Shown piece after piece: positions 45,769 through 55,357 of a stretch of DNA of 64,000 nucleotides. Every line of letters begins with the position of its first letter. Within the stretch, counting starts at the first letter, position 1. The position numbers and the translations under genes were made by a program. Under the pieces are notes generated by a model. That model ran no database searches, had not been told where the DNA came from, and saw only the letters and a program-made list of their open reading frames with translations. The DNA is from an uncultured archaeon (GTDB lineage: Archaea > Altiarchaeota > Altiarchaeia > IMC4 > SCGC-AAA252-I15): contig CABMCB010000059.1 of NCBI GenBank assembly GCA_902384455.1, positions 35,938 through 99,937 on the forward strand. The letters are read 5' to 3'.

Positions 45769-46080
45769 ATGAACTGGGATTGGATAGCAGGTTTTTACGA
45801 AGGTGAAGGTTATATCGGCGAAAACGTTCACGTAAGCGACAGTGGGCAAAGCCGATTAGTACATCTATCTATTTCACAAACAGAGAAGCATGTTCTCGAA
45901 TGCATTCGCAAGTTTGTAGGATTCGGAAAGGTGTATCCTGTCACACAGAAAAACAAGAAGCACAGGAAGTCTTGGGTTTATCAACTATACGGAGCCAAGG
46001 CTATCAAGTTCGCCAAAAAGATTTTGCCGAAAATGAAATCCAAAAGAAAAACAAAGCAACTCAGGAGTGTGATAGCATGA
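45769..46080 (+). CDS. LAGLIDADG homing endonuclease
   Basis: WIAGFYEGEG; ISQTE; GFGKVY. Confidence 0.82.
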   Translation: MNWDWIAGFYEGEGYIGENVHVSDSGQSRLVHLSISQTEKHVLECIRKFVGFGKVYPVTQKNKKHRKSWVYQLYGAKAIKFAKKILPKMKSKRKTKQLRSVIA

Positions 46081-47204
46081 GCAAATTTATACCGATTTAT
46101 GACTTGGAGTCGATGACAGAGGACCAGCGGCAGGATTACGTTCGCGCACTATGCGAACACATCGGCGTTCCGCCTGAATTGAACCTGGTCATGCTGGCAT
46201 ACCTGGACGAACGTGACGGACCGTCCAGACTGGTCGGATACATCAAGCGCGGCGGCACAGAAATCATCCGCAACAATCGTGGAATCTCCACCAGAATTAT
46301 CAGCGAGGGCAAGGAAGGCGGCAGCTATAAGGTTGTGGCCGAAGCCGTGGAACGAGAAACAGGACGCATCGAGCAGGCCATCGGAGCGAAGTGGATAGAC
46401 GGCCTGACCGGCGTTGCACACGCTGACGGAATCATGACGGCGCAGACTCGCGCCATGCGACGTGCCACGTTACAGTTCGTTGGCGCAGGCGTGCTAGATG
46501 AAAGCGAAGTCAACCCGAACCGCACAATTCAAACCACACAAAAGTTTGTAATCGCTCCCGCGCCGCAACCGACTGTTGCACCAGTGTCGGCACCCGGCCA
46601 GGATGTGACGCCGGTCGCCACCACCACAATCGAGCACAAGGACGACGCTCCTGCAGAAGTGAAGCACGAAACTGTCGCAGAAGAAACCGATAGACTTCGC
46701 GCTGAAACAATCGCGAACCTGAACGCTGCAGTCGAACCGAAGGCCGAGCCGAAGAAACGCGCCAAGCGCAAGCCGATTGACCTAGGCCCCGGACCGGCAG
46801 CACCGACCGGCACGTCTACGGTTATCGCAGGGCCTGTTTCAAACGTTGTTCCTGCTCCGCCGCAACTACCTACGATGACCGCGACAGCGCCAGCATTAGG
46901 CGCACAGGCCGTGGCTCCGCCGCCGGTGACCGGCACACCTGCCGAACTGGTAAAGCCGTTCCGCACCCGCATGTTCAACCTGAATCAAAAACTTGAGACC
47001 GAAGGAAACTTTCAGCCGAAGGAAGGCATGGGCAACCAGGCCAAGCTTCAGCAGTTCGCGAGCATCATGTTCCCCGAAGTCACAAGCTTCAAGTTCATGA
47101 CCGTCGAACAGTGGGAGAAATTCATGTCCACGCTTGAAGCCAAGCTTGCAGCGGTCGGTCCGGTCGAGACAGCGAAATATATCGACGACACAGTTGGCGC
47201 ATGA
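46077..47204 (+). CDS. Putative ssDNA-annealing/recombination protein
   Basis: IMTAQTRAMRRATL..G.LDESEV, Pro/Ala linker; adjacent to helicase and nuclease. Confidence 0.5.
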   Translation: MSKFIPIYDLESMTEDQRQDYVRALCEHIGVPPELNLVMLAYLDERDGPSRLVGYIKRGGTEIIRNNRGISTRIISEGKEGGSYKVVAEAVERETGRIEQAIGAKWIDGLTGVAHADGIMTAQTRAMRRATLQFVGAGVLDESEVNPNRTIQTTQKFVIAPAPQPTVAPVSAPGQDVTPVATTTIEHKDDAPAEVKHETVAEETDRLRAETIANLNAAVEPKAEPKKRAKRKPIDLGPGPAAPTGTSTVIAGPVSNVVPAPPQLPTMTATAPALGAQAVAPPPVTGTPAELVKPFRTRMFNLNQKLETEGNFQPKEGMGNQAKLQQFASIMFPEVTSFKFMTVEQWEKFMSTLEAKLAAVGPVETAKYIDDTVGA

Positions 47205-48826
47205 GCGACTTCAAACTCAACGCGAATCAAGCTGAAGCGGTCAACGCCATCGAAGGCGTGAACGTGGTCATCGCCGGTCCAGGCTCCGGCAAGACTCGCG
47301 TGCTCGTCGAGCGCTTCGTGAACATGCTGATGAAGGGTATCTCTCAGAAGGATATCCTGAATCTGACGTTTACGAACGCGGCGGCGACAGAAATGGTGCA
47401 GCGCGTCGGACTGATGAACGCCGAGCAGGTGTTCAGAACGTTCCACAGCTTCGCCTTGGACCTGCTGAAGCGCGAACGCCGGTTCGTTCCGTTCGAGCTA
47501 TGCGACACGGTCATCCCGGTTCGCGGCGAGGACTATCAGTTGCTGTTCGAACTGGTAGACATTTATCGTTCTTCGGGCATCACCAACTTCAGGACGCTGC
47601 AGGGAAAGCTTTCCGAGTGGAAGCGTTCTAACATCGAGCCTGAGCAGGCGATGCAGGAATCAGTCGGAGCAGAATACTATTACGCACTGGCGTATGAAGA
47701 CTACGAGCGCAAGTCAAGAGAACGCGGCTGGCTAGACTTCGATTCGCTGATGCGGGAGACAGTCAAACTTTTGGAGGGCAATGAGGATGTTCGAGAAAGA
47801 AACAAAAGGAAGTACATCTCCGTTGACGAATGCCAGGACACCGACGTCACACAGTTCCGTATGCTACAACTTCTCTATGGGGGTAATATCTTCGTCGTTG
47901 GAGATGAAAATCAACTCATTTACGAATGGCGCTCCGCGCAGCCTGGAAATCTTAGTAACTTTGAACGGGTGTTCCCCGGAGCTAGAAAGATTTATCTCGG
48001 ACAAAATTACCGAAGCAGTAAAAAGCTTGTTGGATTCTTCAAGGATATCCTGCCTGTAGACAACGGGCTGGCATCACACATGATTACCGAGAACTCTGAC
48101 GGCGAGGACCCGGTGCTCATGCAGTACCTGGACACCGACTGGGAAGTTCGCGACGTCCTGGACAAGGCCGCTAAGGACCCGGAGAACTCTGTCATCATCG
48201 CGAGAACGAACCGGCAACTGTTCGACGTTCAGCGCTTGGCAACAGGCAAGAACATGAAGTACAAGAACCTCGGAAAGAAAGATTACTGGGAGCAGAACGA
48301 AGTCAAGGCTCTGTTGAATCTGGCGAAGGACGTCACACAGCATCAGCCAGCATCGCAGGGACTTCGGGACATCATCACCGAGCACAATCTGTACAACCGG
48401 TATCGCAACAGCGGCGACCCGATGAACTCCGACCCGATTGAGAACATGAACAACGTGGTCAAGCTGGCGGCGAGCAAGAACATGAGCATGGCGGAGTTCT
48501 TAGTTTACGTTCGCAAGCTGACCTACGCACGCAAGAGCAGGAAGGAAAAAGACCTGACTCTCGCGACCGTGCACCAGGCCAAGGGCAGAGAGTGGGACCA
48601 TGTCTATGTAATAGGGGCTGAACAAGGTGTGATGCCGCACAAAAACGGTGAGCTAGACGAAGAGAAGAGAATATTCTTTGTGGCGTGCTCTCGTGCGGCG
48701 AAGAGTCTTCACGTCAGTTGGTCCGGGCCTAAGACGATGTTTCTCGAAGGCCACGAGTATGAAATCCACCAACCCGAAAACCTGGAGTTATTCGAGGAAG
48801 GAGGGGGCAATGATGTACGACAGTGA
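47201..48826 (+). CDS. UvrD/PcrA-like SF1 helicase
   Basis: AGPGSGKT, TFTNAAA, VDECQD, GDENQLIY, NYRS, TVHQAKGRE. Confidence 0.92.
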   Translation: MSDFKLNANQAEAVNAIEGVNVVIAGPGSGKTRVLVERFVNMLMKGISQKDILNLTFTNAAATEMVQRVGLMNAEQVFRTFHSFALDLLKRERRFVPFELCDTVIPVRGEDYQLLFELVDIYRSSGITNFRTLQGKLSEWKRSNIEPEQAMQESVGAEYYYALAYEDYERKSRERGWLDFDSLMRETVKLLEGNEDVRERNKRKYISVDECQDTDVTQFRMLQLLYGGNIFVVGDENQLIYEWRSAQPGNLSNFERVFPGARKIYLGQNYRSSKKLVGFFKDILPVDNGLASHMITENSDGEDPVLMQYLDTDWEVRDVLDKAAKDPENSVIIARTNRQLFDVQRLATGKNMKYKNLGKKDYWEQNEVKALLNLAKDVTQHQPASQGLRDIITEHNLYNRYRNSGDPMNSDPIENMNNVVKLAASKNMSMAEFLVYVRKLTYARKSRKEKDLTLATVHQAKGREWDHVYVIGAEQGVMPHKNGELDEEKRIFFVACSRAAKSLHVSWSGPKTMFLEGHEYEIHQPENLELFEEGGGNDVRQ

Positions 48827-49499
48827 GCGCCGAGCGGCGGTGAGATTAGGTAAGTCAGTCAATCATTGGACGAAGGAGGAAGACACGCGTCTTCTGGAAT
48901 TTCTACAACAAAGGAAAACGGTTGGAGAAATCTCAAAACTTCTAAACAGGTCGGAATACACAATCCAACAACGGGCGAGCGGGACGCATAAGACCACAGT
49001 TGGTGTGTACCAACGAGCGGGGGAATTTTTTGAGTTTACTTGTGGCTGTTCCGGCATTCTCAAAAAAGAACAAACTAAACTGGCGATTTATTTTACTCAG
49101 CCGCCCCGAGGGCAAGGTTTGAAAATTAGGATAGCCACAGGCGATAGATGGAGATGCCGTGTTGCTCAAATCATATCATCGACCATCCACAACATGAAGC
49201 AATGCAGAGAAGGCGGATTACCCATAATATGCGATGACCATCAAGTTATCAGAAAATTGATGGAGAATCCCGTTTGCGCTGCACCTAAGTGTGGGAAGCC
49301 TCTTGAGTGGATTTTCGGAGAGGGTACAACACCGCATTTAGACCACGACCACGAGACCGGCAGACCGATGGGGTTTACTCATCCCGGATGCAATCGTAAC
49401 AAAAGGGATGTCGGCGAACACGCAGCAGTTCAGATGTTAATCGAACTCGGATATTTAGTTATCCGGAGAGAGGATGTGAATGGCATACTTATACGTTAA
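48810..49499 (+). CDS. Endonuclease VII/HNH-like protein with N-terminal HTH
   Basis: WTKEED..L, HLDHDHETG..GFTHPGCN. Confidence 0.65.
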   Translation: MMYDSERRAAVRLGKSVNHWTKEEDTRLLEFLQQRKTVGEISKLLNRSEYTIQQRASGTHKTTVGVYQRAGEFFEFTCGCSGILKKEQTKLAIYFTQPPRGQGLKIRIATGDRWRCRVAQIISSTIHNMKQCREGGLPIICDDHQVIRKLMENPVCAAPKCGKPLEWIFGEGTTPHLDHDHETGRPMGFTHPGCNRNKRDVGEHAAVQMLIELGYLVIRREDVNGILIR

Positions 49500-50673
49500 T
49501 GCAAAGGGACGTCCGTGGAGGAAGCATTCATACAGTGCCGGTAATGTTTTTGACCAATCCCCCATGAAGTACTACTATCAGAAGGTCCTGGGCTGGAAAG
49601 AGTTCGACAACAAGGCAAGCTTCTTCTTCGGCAGAGCACTGGAAGAGAGCATTCAGTTCCACCACGAACACGGCGGACAGGGCGCTGTAGAAGATTTCAA
49701 GAGACGTTGGGCTGCGCACAAGGACCGCGAGAACGTGCGCTACACCGACAAAGAAAAGAACTGGGCGACCTGTTTGCAGATGGGACAGGAAATGCTCAAG
49801 CTGTACATAGTAGTGCAGCCGTCTCTTCCGATTCCGTTAGGCGGCGGAGCGGTATTTCAGAGAGAATATTCGAAGGAGGTTTTTCCAAATGACCCAAACT
49901 ACGGAGGAATTGAAGACGCAGGAAAGCTGGACATCATCGCGTATGCTGATGCAAATCACGAGCGACTGGCGAAGGTCGATATCAGACAGTTCACCGGAGG
50001 GATACGTCCTGTCATTATCGACATCAAAACCGGCCAAGTGGACTTCCCCGAACAGCAGGGAATGGCTGCTTTCGACGGCCAACTACGACGTTACTCCTGG
50101 CTGTCAGGAATACGGGACGTTGCTTTTCTGTGGTTCAAGAAGTCAGGTCTCGGATATAAGAAAGGCTATTCTGCAACTGTTATCGAAACAGTCGGAAGCT
50201 TCCAAGCCGGACAAGAGTGCGTAATCGCGAGGGTTGACGAGAACCACGCGTGGATTGTCTACAACGATTTCATGGTTGAGGAAATGGAGCGTGCTCAGGG
50301 CAAGAAGGGCAACAAGCTGGACACGACCAACGCAGCAGAAGAACGAGTCATGAACTGGCTTCACCAGCGCGGAACGTACACGCCACTTGACAGACTGACC
50401 AGGCAGCGTCTACAATTCAATGCAGGATATGTAACTCCGAAGTCAGCAGAAGATGCCGGAACGAATGCGGCGAGACAGATTGTTTCCATCGTCAACGCGT
50501 GGAACACGAAGTCTTGGCCGAACAATTTCGGCGTAAGATACCCTCGCGACGATAGAAACGACGCCTACTTTCGAGCGTTCGTCCTGGGCGATGAGACGTA
50601 CAAGCAGCAAAACTTTACCAAGTCAGACGAAGATGCATTCGATGACTTATTCCGAGAGGACGACGAACAATGA
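49480..50673 (+). CDS. PD-(D/E)xK (RecB/Cas4-like) exonuclease
   Basis: SYS....SP..YYY, GKLDI, IIDIKTG, QLRRY. Confidence 0.8.
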   Translation: MAYLYVNAKGRPWRKHSYSAGNVFDQSPMKYYYQKVLGWKEFDNKASFFFGRALEESIQFHHEHGGQGAVEDFKRRWAAHKDRENVRYTDKEKNWATCLQMGQEMLKLYIVVQPSLPIPLGGGAVFQREYSKEVFPNDPNYGGIEDAGKLDIIAYADANHERLAKVDIRQFTGGIRPVIIDIKTGQVDFPEQQGMAAFDGQLRRYSWLSGIRDVAFLWFKKSGLGYKKGYSATVIETVGSFQAGQECVIARVDENHAWIVYNDFMVEEMERAQGKKGNKLDTTNAAEERVMNWLHQRGTYTPLDRLTRQRLQFNAGYVTPKSAEDAGTNAARQIVSIVNAWNTKSWPNNFGVRYPRDDRNDAYFRAFVLGDETYKQQNFTKSDEDAFDDLFREDDEQ

Positions 50674-50960
50674 AGATGAACATATTCGCGGCGAACGACA
50701 TAGCGGACACAGATGCGTTTCGCGGCAGAGCGGCGAGGGGCAACAGAGCAATAAGCCTGATTGACCCCGAGGCCGACCTGATTGCGGCGATTGACGAAGA
50801 AACGATGTCGCTAGACGAGATACTTGTAACGCGGTTCACGGAATTTTTAGGCAACAACCGCCTGACCCTGGACACGTTCGAGCAGCAATCCGAAGACGAG
50901 CAAGAACGCCTTCGCAAAGAGTTCAAAGAGATTAACTGGGACCTAGAAGAACTACAATAG
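50670..50960 (+). CDS. Acidic hypothetical protein
   Basis: 96 aa. Confidence 0.5.
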   Translation: MKMNIFAANDIADTDAFRGRAARGNRAISLIDPEADLIAAIDEETMSLDEILVTRFTEFLGNNRLTLDTFEQQSEDEQERLRKEFKEINWDLEELQ

Positions 50961-50963
50961 CCT

Positions 50964-51398
50964 ATGGCTGAATCAGCATTCTCGACGCTACGCACCAAGG
51001 TAGACGGCAGCGACAACTTCGTAATCGGCAGCAGGGTTATGAAGACCGCAGGGGCTACCAGGCATGCCGAACGCATGCGTACGGTACCCGTGTGGGCGCT
51101 CGATGATGAGAAGATTAAGGCATACGTTCAGCACAGGTTCCCGAATATGTCTTCGGACAAGGACCAGCAGCAGCTAGCGGCCAGGACCGTCCGTGCAATT
51201 TACCTCTACTACCGCAGCGGACTGACCGAGGGGCAGGTCGCGCACGAACTAGGAACGTCAGTCAGCGCGGCTAGACAACTGCTTTACCGCATCCGCAAGG
51301 GCATGGCGGTGCCTTTGAAGAAGGTTGGGCGTCCTAAAAAGGGCGTTATGATACCCGCCACTGATGGGAGAGGCGACGACAGCCATATTACCCTTTGA
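50964..51398 (+). CDS. Sigma region-4-like HTH DNA-binding protein
   Basis: LYYRSGLTEGQVAHELGTSVSAARQLLYRIR. Confidence 0.65.
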   Translation: MAESAFSTLRTKVDGSDNFVIGSRVMKTAGATRHAERMRTVPVWALDDEKIKAYVQHRFPNMSSDKDQQQLAARTVRAIYLYYRSGLTEGQVAHELGTSVSAARQLLYRIRKGMAVPLKKVGRPKKGVMIPATDGRGDDSHITL

Positions 51399-51428
51399 GA
51401 TGGATACCCGAGAAACAAAAGGAAAGGA

Positions 51429-52043
51429 ATGGAAATTAGGAAAGTCCTGGAGCACACATGCTTCCAGGCCACGGGCAAAGGCCCGTTCTCCCCGAGTAAG
51501 TGCCGTTGCCGTAAGTATGTGAGCATGGATGAAGCCAGAACGAAGGTCGCTCTAGGCGTTTCGCAGTATGTTCACGTCGGAAACAAGAGGCTCGTGTCAG
51601 AGGAAGTCTGCGAGCACTGCACAGAAGAAACAAAGAAGTCTTGCGATGTCTGCAAGGGAACCAAGGCGTACGAGCGGATTTACGTTCTGCCGATTTACGG
51701 TGATGACATCATATCGACCGTGACGACGAGCGGAATGCGCAACCTGACCGTCAAGGTCAAGAAGTCGCCGACGATTGAAAGCAAGCACGTCCTTCGCGGG
51801 ATTGAAGACAGTCCTCGCGGCCAAGCAGCACGAGACCGATGGGACGAATATCACTTGCTGACCATGAAGCAGCGTGTTAGACTACTGCTTCAGAACACGG
51901 TCACGGCACCAGAGTTCGACGCGGTATGGAACGCGTGGATTCTCGACATGAGTAAGCCGTTTCCGCTAGAGTTTAGACGTGAACCGGTGGATGACCGACG
52001 CACGGGAGAGGGAAGGCTTTATGACTATGGAAGACACGTCTGA
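51429..52043 (+). CDS. Hypothetical protein with CxxC motifs
   Basis: CEHC, CDVCKG. Confidence 0.55.
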   Translation: MEIRKVLEHTCFQATGKGPFSPSKCRCRKYVSMDEARTKVALGVSQYVHVGNKRLVSEEVCEHCTEETKKSCDVCKGTKAYERIYVLPIYGDDIISTVTTSGMRNLTVKVKKSPTIESKHVLRGIEDSPRGQAARDRWDEYHLLTMKQRVRLLLQNTVTAPEFDAVWNAWILDMSKPFPLEFRREPVDDRRTGEGRLYDYGRHV

Positions 52044-52653
52044 CATGACACTGGACCGGTTTTCAACCGAGCCGCATCCCGAGCTAGTTGAAGCCGTCGA
52101 GGTCATCAAGTCACAACTGTCTCAGGCTCCGCCGCCAGAAATGGAAGCCAAGCCGACAGAGGAAGGCGTAGCAGCGTCAATCGAGGCCCTGGCCGAGATT
52201 CGCAGCCGTTCTTTCTCAGGCCGCAACCTGCACCTGGGCAAGATGGTCAAGTGCCATGTGTGCGGACAACGCGGCAGAGAGACCGACCACAAGCACGAGC
52301 AGAAGTTTGCCAAGCGCTGGATTGTCGTGAACGGCAAGAAGGTCTACACCGAAGAGGAACTGATTGCAGGCCGCACCGTGGAAACTCACGCCGTGATGCC
52401 TACGATGCGAAACATTCTAGGCGCGTCCAGGTTCAAGGGCAAGCGAAAGAAGCCGCGCCCGACCTGGCGACAGAATGAAATGATTCAACTGGTTCGCTCC
52501 CTGGTTCCCGACGAGTTCACTCCGGAAGAACTGGAAGCTGCCAAGAAAAAGGCTCGCCGGATGCTGGCGAAGAAGTACGGACGTCACGGATATCTGCCGC
52601 CGAAGTGGCACGCACTAAAGGCCGAGCGGCTGAAGAAAGAGGTGAAAGCGTGA
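52021..52653 (+). CDS. Hypothetical basic protein
   Basis: CHVCG, Lys/Arg-rich C-terminus. Confidence 0.55.
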   Translation: MTMEDTSDMTLDRFSTEPHPELVEAVEVIKSQLSQAPPPEMEAKPTEEGVAASIEALAEIRSRSFSGRNLHLGKMVKCHVCGQRGRETDHKHEQKFAKRWIVVNGKKVYTEEELIAGRTVETHAVMPTMRNILGASRFKGKRKKPRPTWRQNEMIQLVRSLVPDEFTPEELEAAKKKARRMLAKKYGRHGYLPPKWHALKAERLKKEVKA

Positions 52654-52931
52654 ACATGATTCTGTTCTTCGCTCTCTACGCACTCAGCCTGCTGATTGTG
52701 TACCTGGTGGGCGGACGTCGAGGCTACAGTCTCGGAGCACACCGCATCGTTGAGGTGGAATACAAAAACCTTTTGGCGAGCGGACTGAGCGAACGAGAGG
52801 CCATGTCGTTCTTAGCGGCGGCGCTGAATCATCCCGGTACTACGATTCGAAAAGCGACCGTTCCTTTGGTGCCTGTGACCGAAGAAAAGAAAGACGAAAA
52901 AGTAGTTGACACAAAAGACGAATCAGAGTAG
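52650..52931 (+). CDS. Single-TM hypothetical protein
   Basis: N-terminal hydrophobic helix. Confidence 0.5.
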   Translation: MNMILFFALYALSLLIVYLVGGRRGYSLGAHRIVEVEYKNLLASGLSEREAMSFLAAALNHPGTTIRKATVPLVPVTEEKKDEKVVDTKDESE

Positions 52932-52934
52932 ACT
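52906..52934 (+). promoter_or_regulatory. Sigma70-type promoter
   Basis: TTGACA-N17-TAGACT; predicted +1 near 52941, the first base of hairpin RNA 1. Confidence 0.7.
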
Positions 52935-52940
52935 CAAAAC

Positions 52941-53012
52941 GTGGCTGGCTATGGGAAGGCTTCCTTCTAAACCTTTCATTGAGAAAAAATAGCTCTCTCG
53001 CTTCCCGGCCAC
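52941..53012 (+). ncRNA. Structured RNA motif, copy 1
   Basis: GTGGCTGG/CCGGCCAC, internal loop CTAT/GCTTC, GGGAAGGCT/AGCTCTCTC, TTCT/AGAA. Confidence 0.7.
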
Positions 53013-53056
53013 ATTTGCATCACCTAAGACGAACGTAGTGCCTATAGTTAAAAAAC

Positions 53057-53129
53057 CCGGACGGCTATGTGGAGGCTTCCTTCTAAACTCTACTGCCAAC
53101 AGAAAATAGCTTTCGCGCTTTCCGTCCGG
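53057..53129 (+). ncRNA. Structured RNA motif, copy 2
   Basis: CCGGACGG/CCGTCCGG, CTAT/GCTTT, GTGGAGGCT/AGCTTTCGC, TTCT/AGAA; covaries with copy 1. Confidence 0.7.
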
Positions 53130-53150
53130 AATCTTCTGAAAGGAAACACA

Positions 53151-55355
53151 ATGTTGAACGAAGAAATCTTGCTACGCCGAAAGAATCTAATCACCATTCC
53201 GGACTCAGCAGGCCGCACGAACGTCGGCGTCATCGCGGCTGCTAACCTGAACCTTCAGGAATACGGCTACACTCTGTCAGCCGAAGCCATCCGCACGTTC
53301 ATCAACACGAACTATCTCGTGTCCTCAGCCATTCTGTCTCAGGTCCAGCAGTTCGCACGCAAGGCCAAGGGCCTAGGCGACGGGCTGGCTCACCCGATGT
53401 ATCCCAACTTTCCACAGCAGGTCGCAGAGGCCGCATGGTCAGAGCTATACATCAACGCCATTCTGCACTACTTCACCGTGTTCGTTGCTGATGTCACTGG
53501 CGCGTCGAACGTGGTTTACATGCCGCGCTACGTCAAGAACTATCGCGGACCGTTGACGAAGTCGAACGATGTTCCGCTGACCGTTCTGAACGTCATCGCG
53601 GCTCGTGAAATCGGTCCGATTATGCGCAAGCTTCAGACACAGCTTGTGACGTCGAACACGTCCGTGTCCGCACAGGACAAGGCCGACATCCGCGAACTAG
53701 TAGACATGGGATTCCTGATTGACCGAACTGTTGAAATCCCGAACAAGGAAAACCGTGCGGTCTACGCGGGTGCGCTCGTTTCTCACCGCGATGCAATTTT
53801 GGAAGACTGGTTCAAGACCGGCACCGACGTGCTACGTCTAGCGACCGCCATGTCTGACGGCGACGTCTCGCTGGCGGAGAACACGAAGTTTCGCTCGTTC
53901 AAGCGGTTCGAGCGTCGTCTGCTGATGGGCCTGCTTCGCCGGGACAAGAACATTCAGGAATCATTCGCACGCGACCGTGAGCGGTTCAAGCGGTTGGCGG
54001 AGCGTCTGCACCCGAACGAGTTCAAGGGCATGGAGTGCCGCAACCTTCGAAACGCGTTCAAGATTCTAAAGGCTGGCGCACGTCTGGAAACGTTCGCTGG
54101 CACCGTTGAAGGATTGCTGTCAACCGGACAGGTGGCTAACGCTGCCGGTCTGTTGACGACCCGACCGGGTGAGTTCGCTCGCCGGTTGGACCATCTGCTT
54201 CGCGCAGTCATCGGGCAGTCCAACAACGCTTTCGAGCGTAAGGACTACACGCAGGAAATCATCGACCTGTTTCTGAACGTCGTGGACAAGGTTTCCACGC
54301 CTGTGCTGCTGCAGGTGTTGACGCACTTCAAGAACCGCAACAAGGACTCGATGCGCGTCGTGATGCCGAAGGGCGAGGTTTCGAAGATTTATGTTCTGGA
54401 CGACGAACGCGGCGGAATTAGCTCGTCTCTGTTGACCGATTTGATTCTCGGCATCGAGGCATCGCTGGTCTCTCGCTTCTCAAACCTTGACGATTTGGGC
54501 AAGGTCTACATCGACCCGAAGCTGAAGAACTATCTGGTGCCGTTCAGCCAGCGTTCTGCATCGGCTTCTCTTCGAACGATTACCCGTGGTTCAAAGGTTC
54601 CGTTCGCAACCGATAAGGACACGATTCGTTTCTTCATTCACTGGAAGAACACCGACGCTAAGAACGATTACAACCGTGGCCGCGTTGACCTGGACCTGTC
54701 TGCAGTGATGTACTCTGCCGACTGGAAGAACCAGGGCAATGTGTCCTACTTCAATCTGCGCCGTGGCGAGTATTCAAGCTACTACGGCAAGCCGACGTAC
54801 ACGGCGGTTCACTCCGGTGACATTACCGACGCACCTCGCGGCGCGGCGGAGTTCATCGACGTGGACATCCCGAGCATGCTTCGCACTGGCGTTCGCTACA
54901 TCGCGATGTCCGTGAACATGTTCGCCGGTCCGGAAGGACTGCACCAGGTTCCGGAGTGCTTCGCAGGCTGGATGCTCCGCAACGAACCGCAGTCTGGCGA
55001 AGTCTTCGAACCGAAGACGGTAGCGGACCGCATCGACATCACCTCGCAGGCATCGAAGATGGTCGTTCCGATGGTCATCGACCTTCAGAACCGGGAAATG
55101 ATTTGGGTTGACTCGGAAGTTTCGGGTGTGCCCCGCTTCGGTTCTAACGTCGCCAACCAGGCGGACAAGCTTGCAACCGTGGCGCAGGCGTTCACGCGCA
55201 TCAGCAAGACGAATCTCTACGACCTGTTGAATCTTCACGCACAGGGTCGCGGAGTGTTGGTGCACAGCGAGCGCAACGCTGACACGGTGTTCTCAACCGA
55301 GAAAGGATTCCAGTTCGATTTGGCAACAATCGCTTCAGAGTACCTAGGCGACTAA
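53151..55355 (+). CDS. Large helical protein with C-terminal TerD-like domain
   Basis: Start ATG 53151 (AAGGA RBS); YPNFP, TDVLRLA..MSDGD, RPGEFARRLD; TerD-like VDLDLSA...HSGDITDAPRGAAEFIDVD. Confidence 0.75.
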   Translation: MLNEEILLRRKNLITIPDSAGRTNVGVIAAANLNLQEYGYTLSAEAIRTFINTNYLVSSAILSQVQQFARKAKGLGDGLAHPMYPNFPQQVAEAAWSELYINAILHYFTVFVADVTGASNVVYMPRYVKNYRGPLTKSNDVPLTVLNVIAAREIGPIMRKLQTQLVTSNTSVSAQDKADIRELVDMGFLIDRTVEIPNKENRAVYAGALVSHRDAILEDWFKTGTDVLRLATAMSDGDVSLAENTKFRSFKRFERRLLMGLLRRDKNIQESFARDRERFKRLAERLHPNEFKGMECRNLRNAFKILKAGARLETFAGTVEGLLSTGQVANAAGLLTTRPGEFARRLDHLLRAVIGQSNNAFERKDYTQEIIDLFLNVVDKVSTPVLLQVLTHFKNRNKDSMRVVMPKGEVSKIYVLDDERGGISSSLLTDLILGIEASLVSRFSNLDDLGKVYIDPKLKNYLVPFSQRSASASLRTITRGSKVPFATDKDTIRFFIHWKNTDAKNDYNRGRVDLDLSAVMYSADWKNQGNVSYFNLRRGEYSSYYGKPTYTAVHSGDITDAPRGAAEFIDVDIPSMLRTGVRYIAMSVNMFAGPEGLHQVPECFAGWMLRNEPQSGEVFEPKTVADRIDITSQASKMVVPMVIDLQNREMIWVDSEVSGVPRFGSNVANQADKLATVAQAFTRISKTNLYDLLNLHAQGRGVLVHSERNADTVFSTEKGFQFDLATIASEYLGD

Positions 55356-55357
55356 CA

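Noticed and set aside
52941-53129. Two repeats as a mini CRISPR array
   Set aside because: Only two imperfect copies; variation lies in paired stems rather than in spacers; no cas operon (the 49480 nuclease sits in a recombination context).
53067-53150. N-terminal extension of the TerD-domain ORF given in the ORF track
   Set aside because: Runs through RNA hairpin copy 2; ATG 53151 has a proper RBS.
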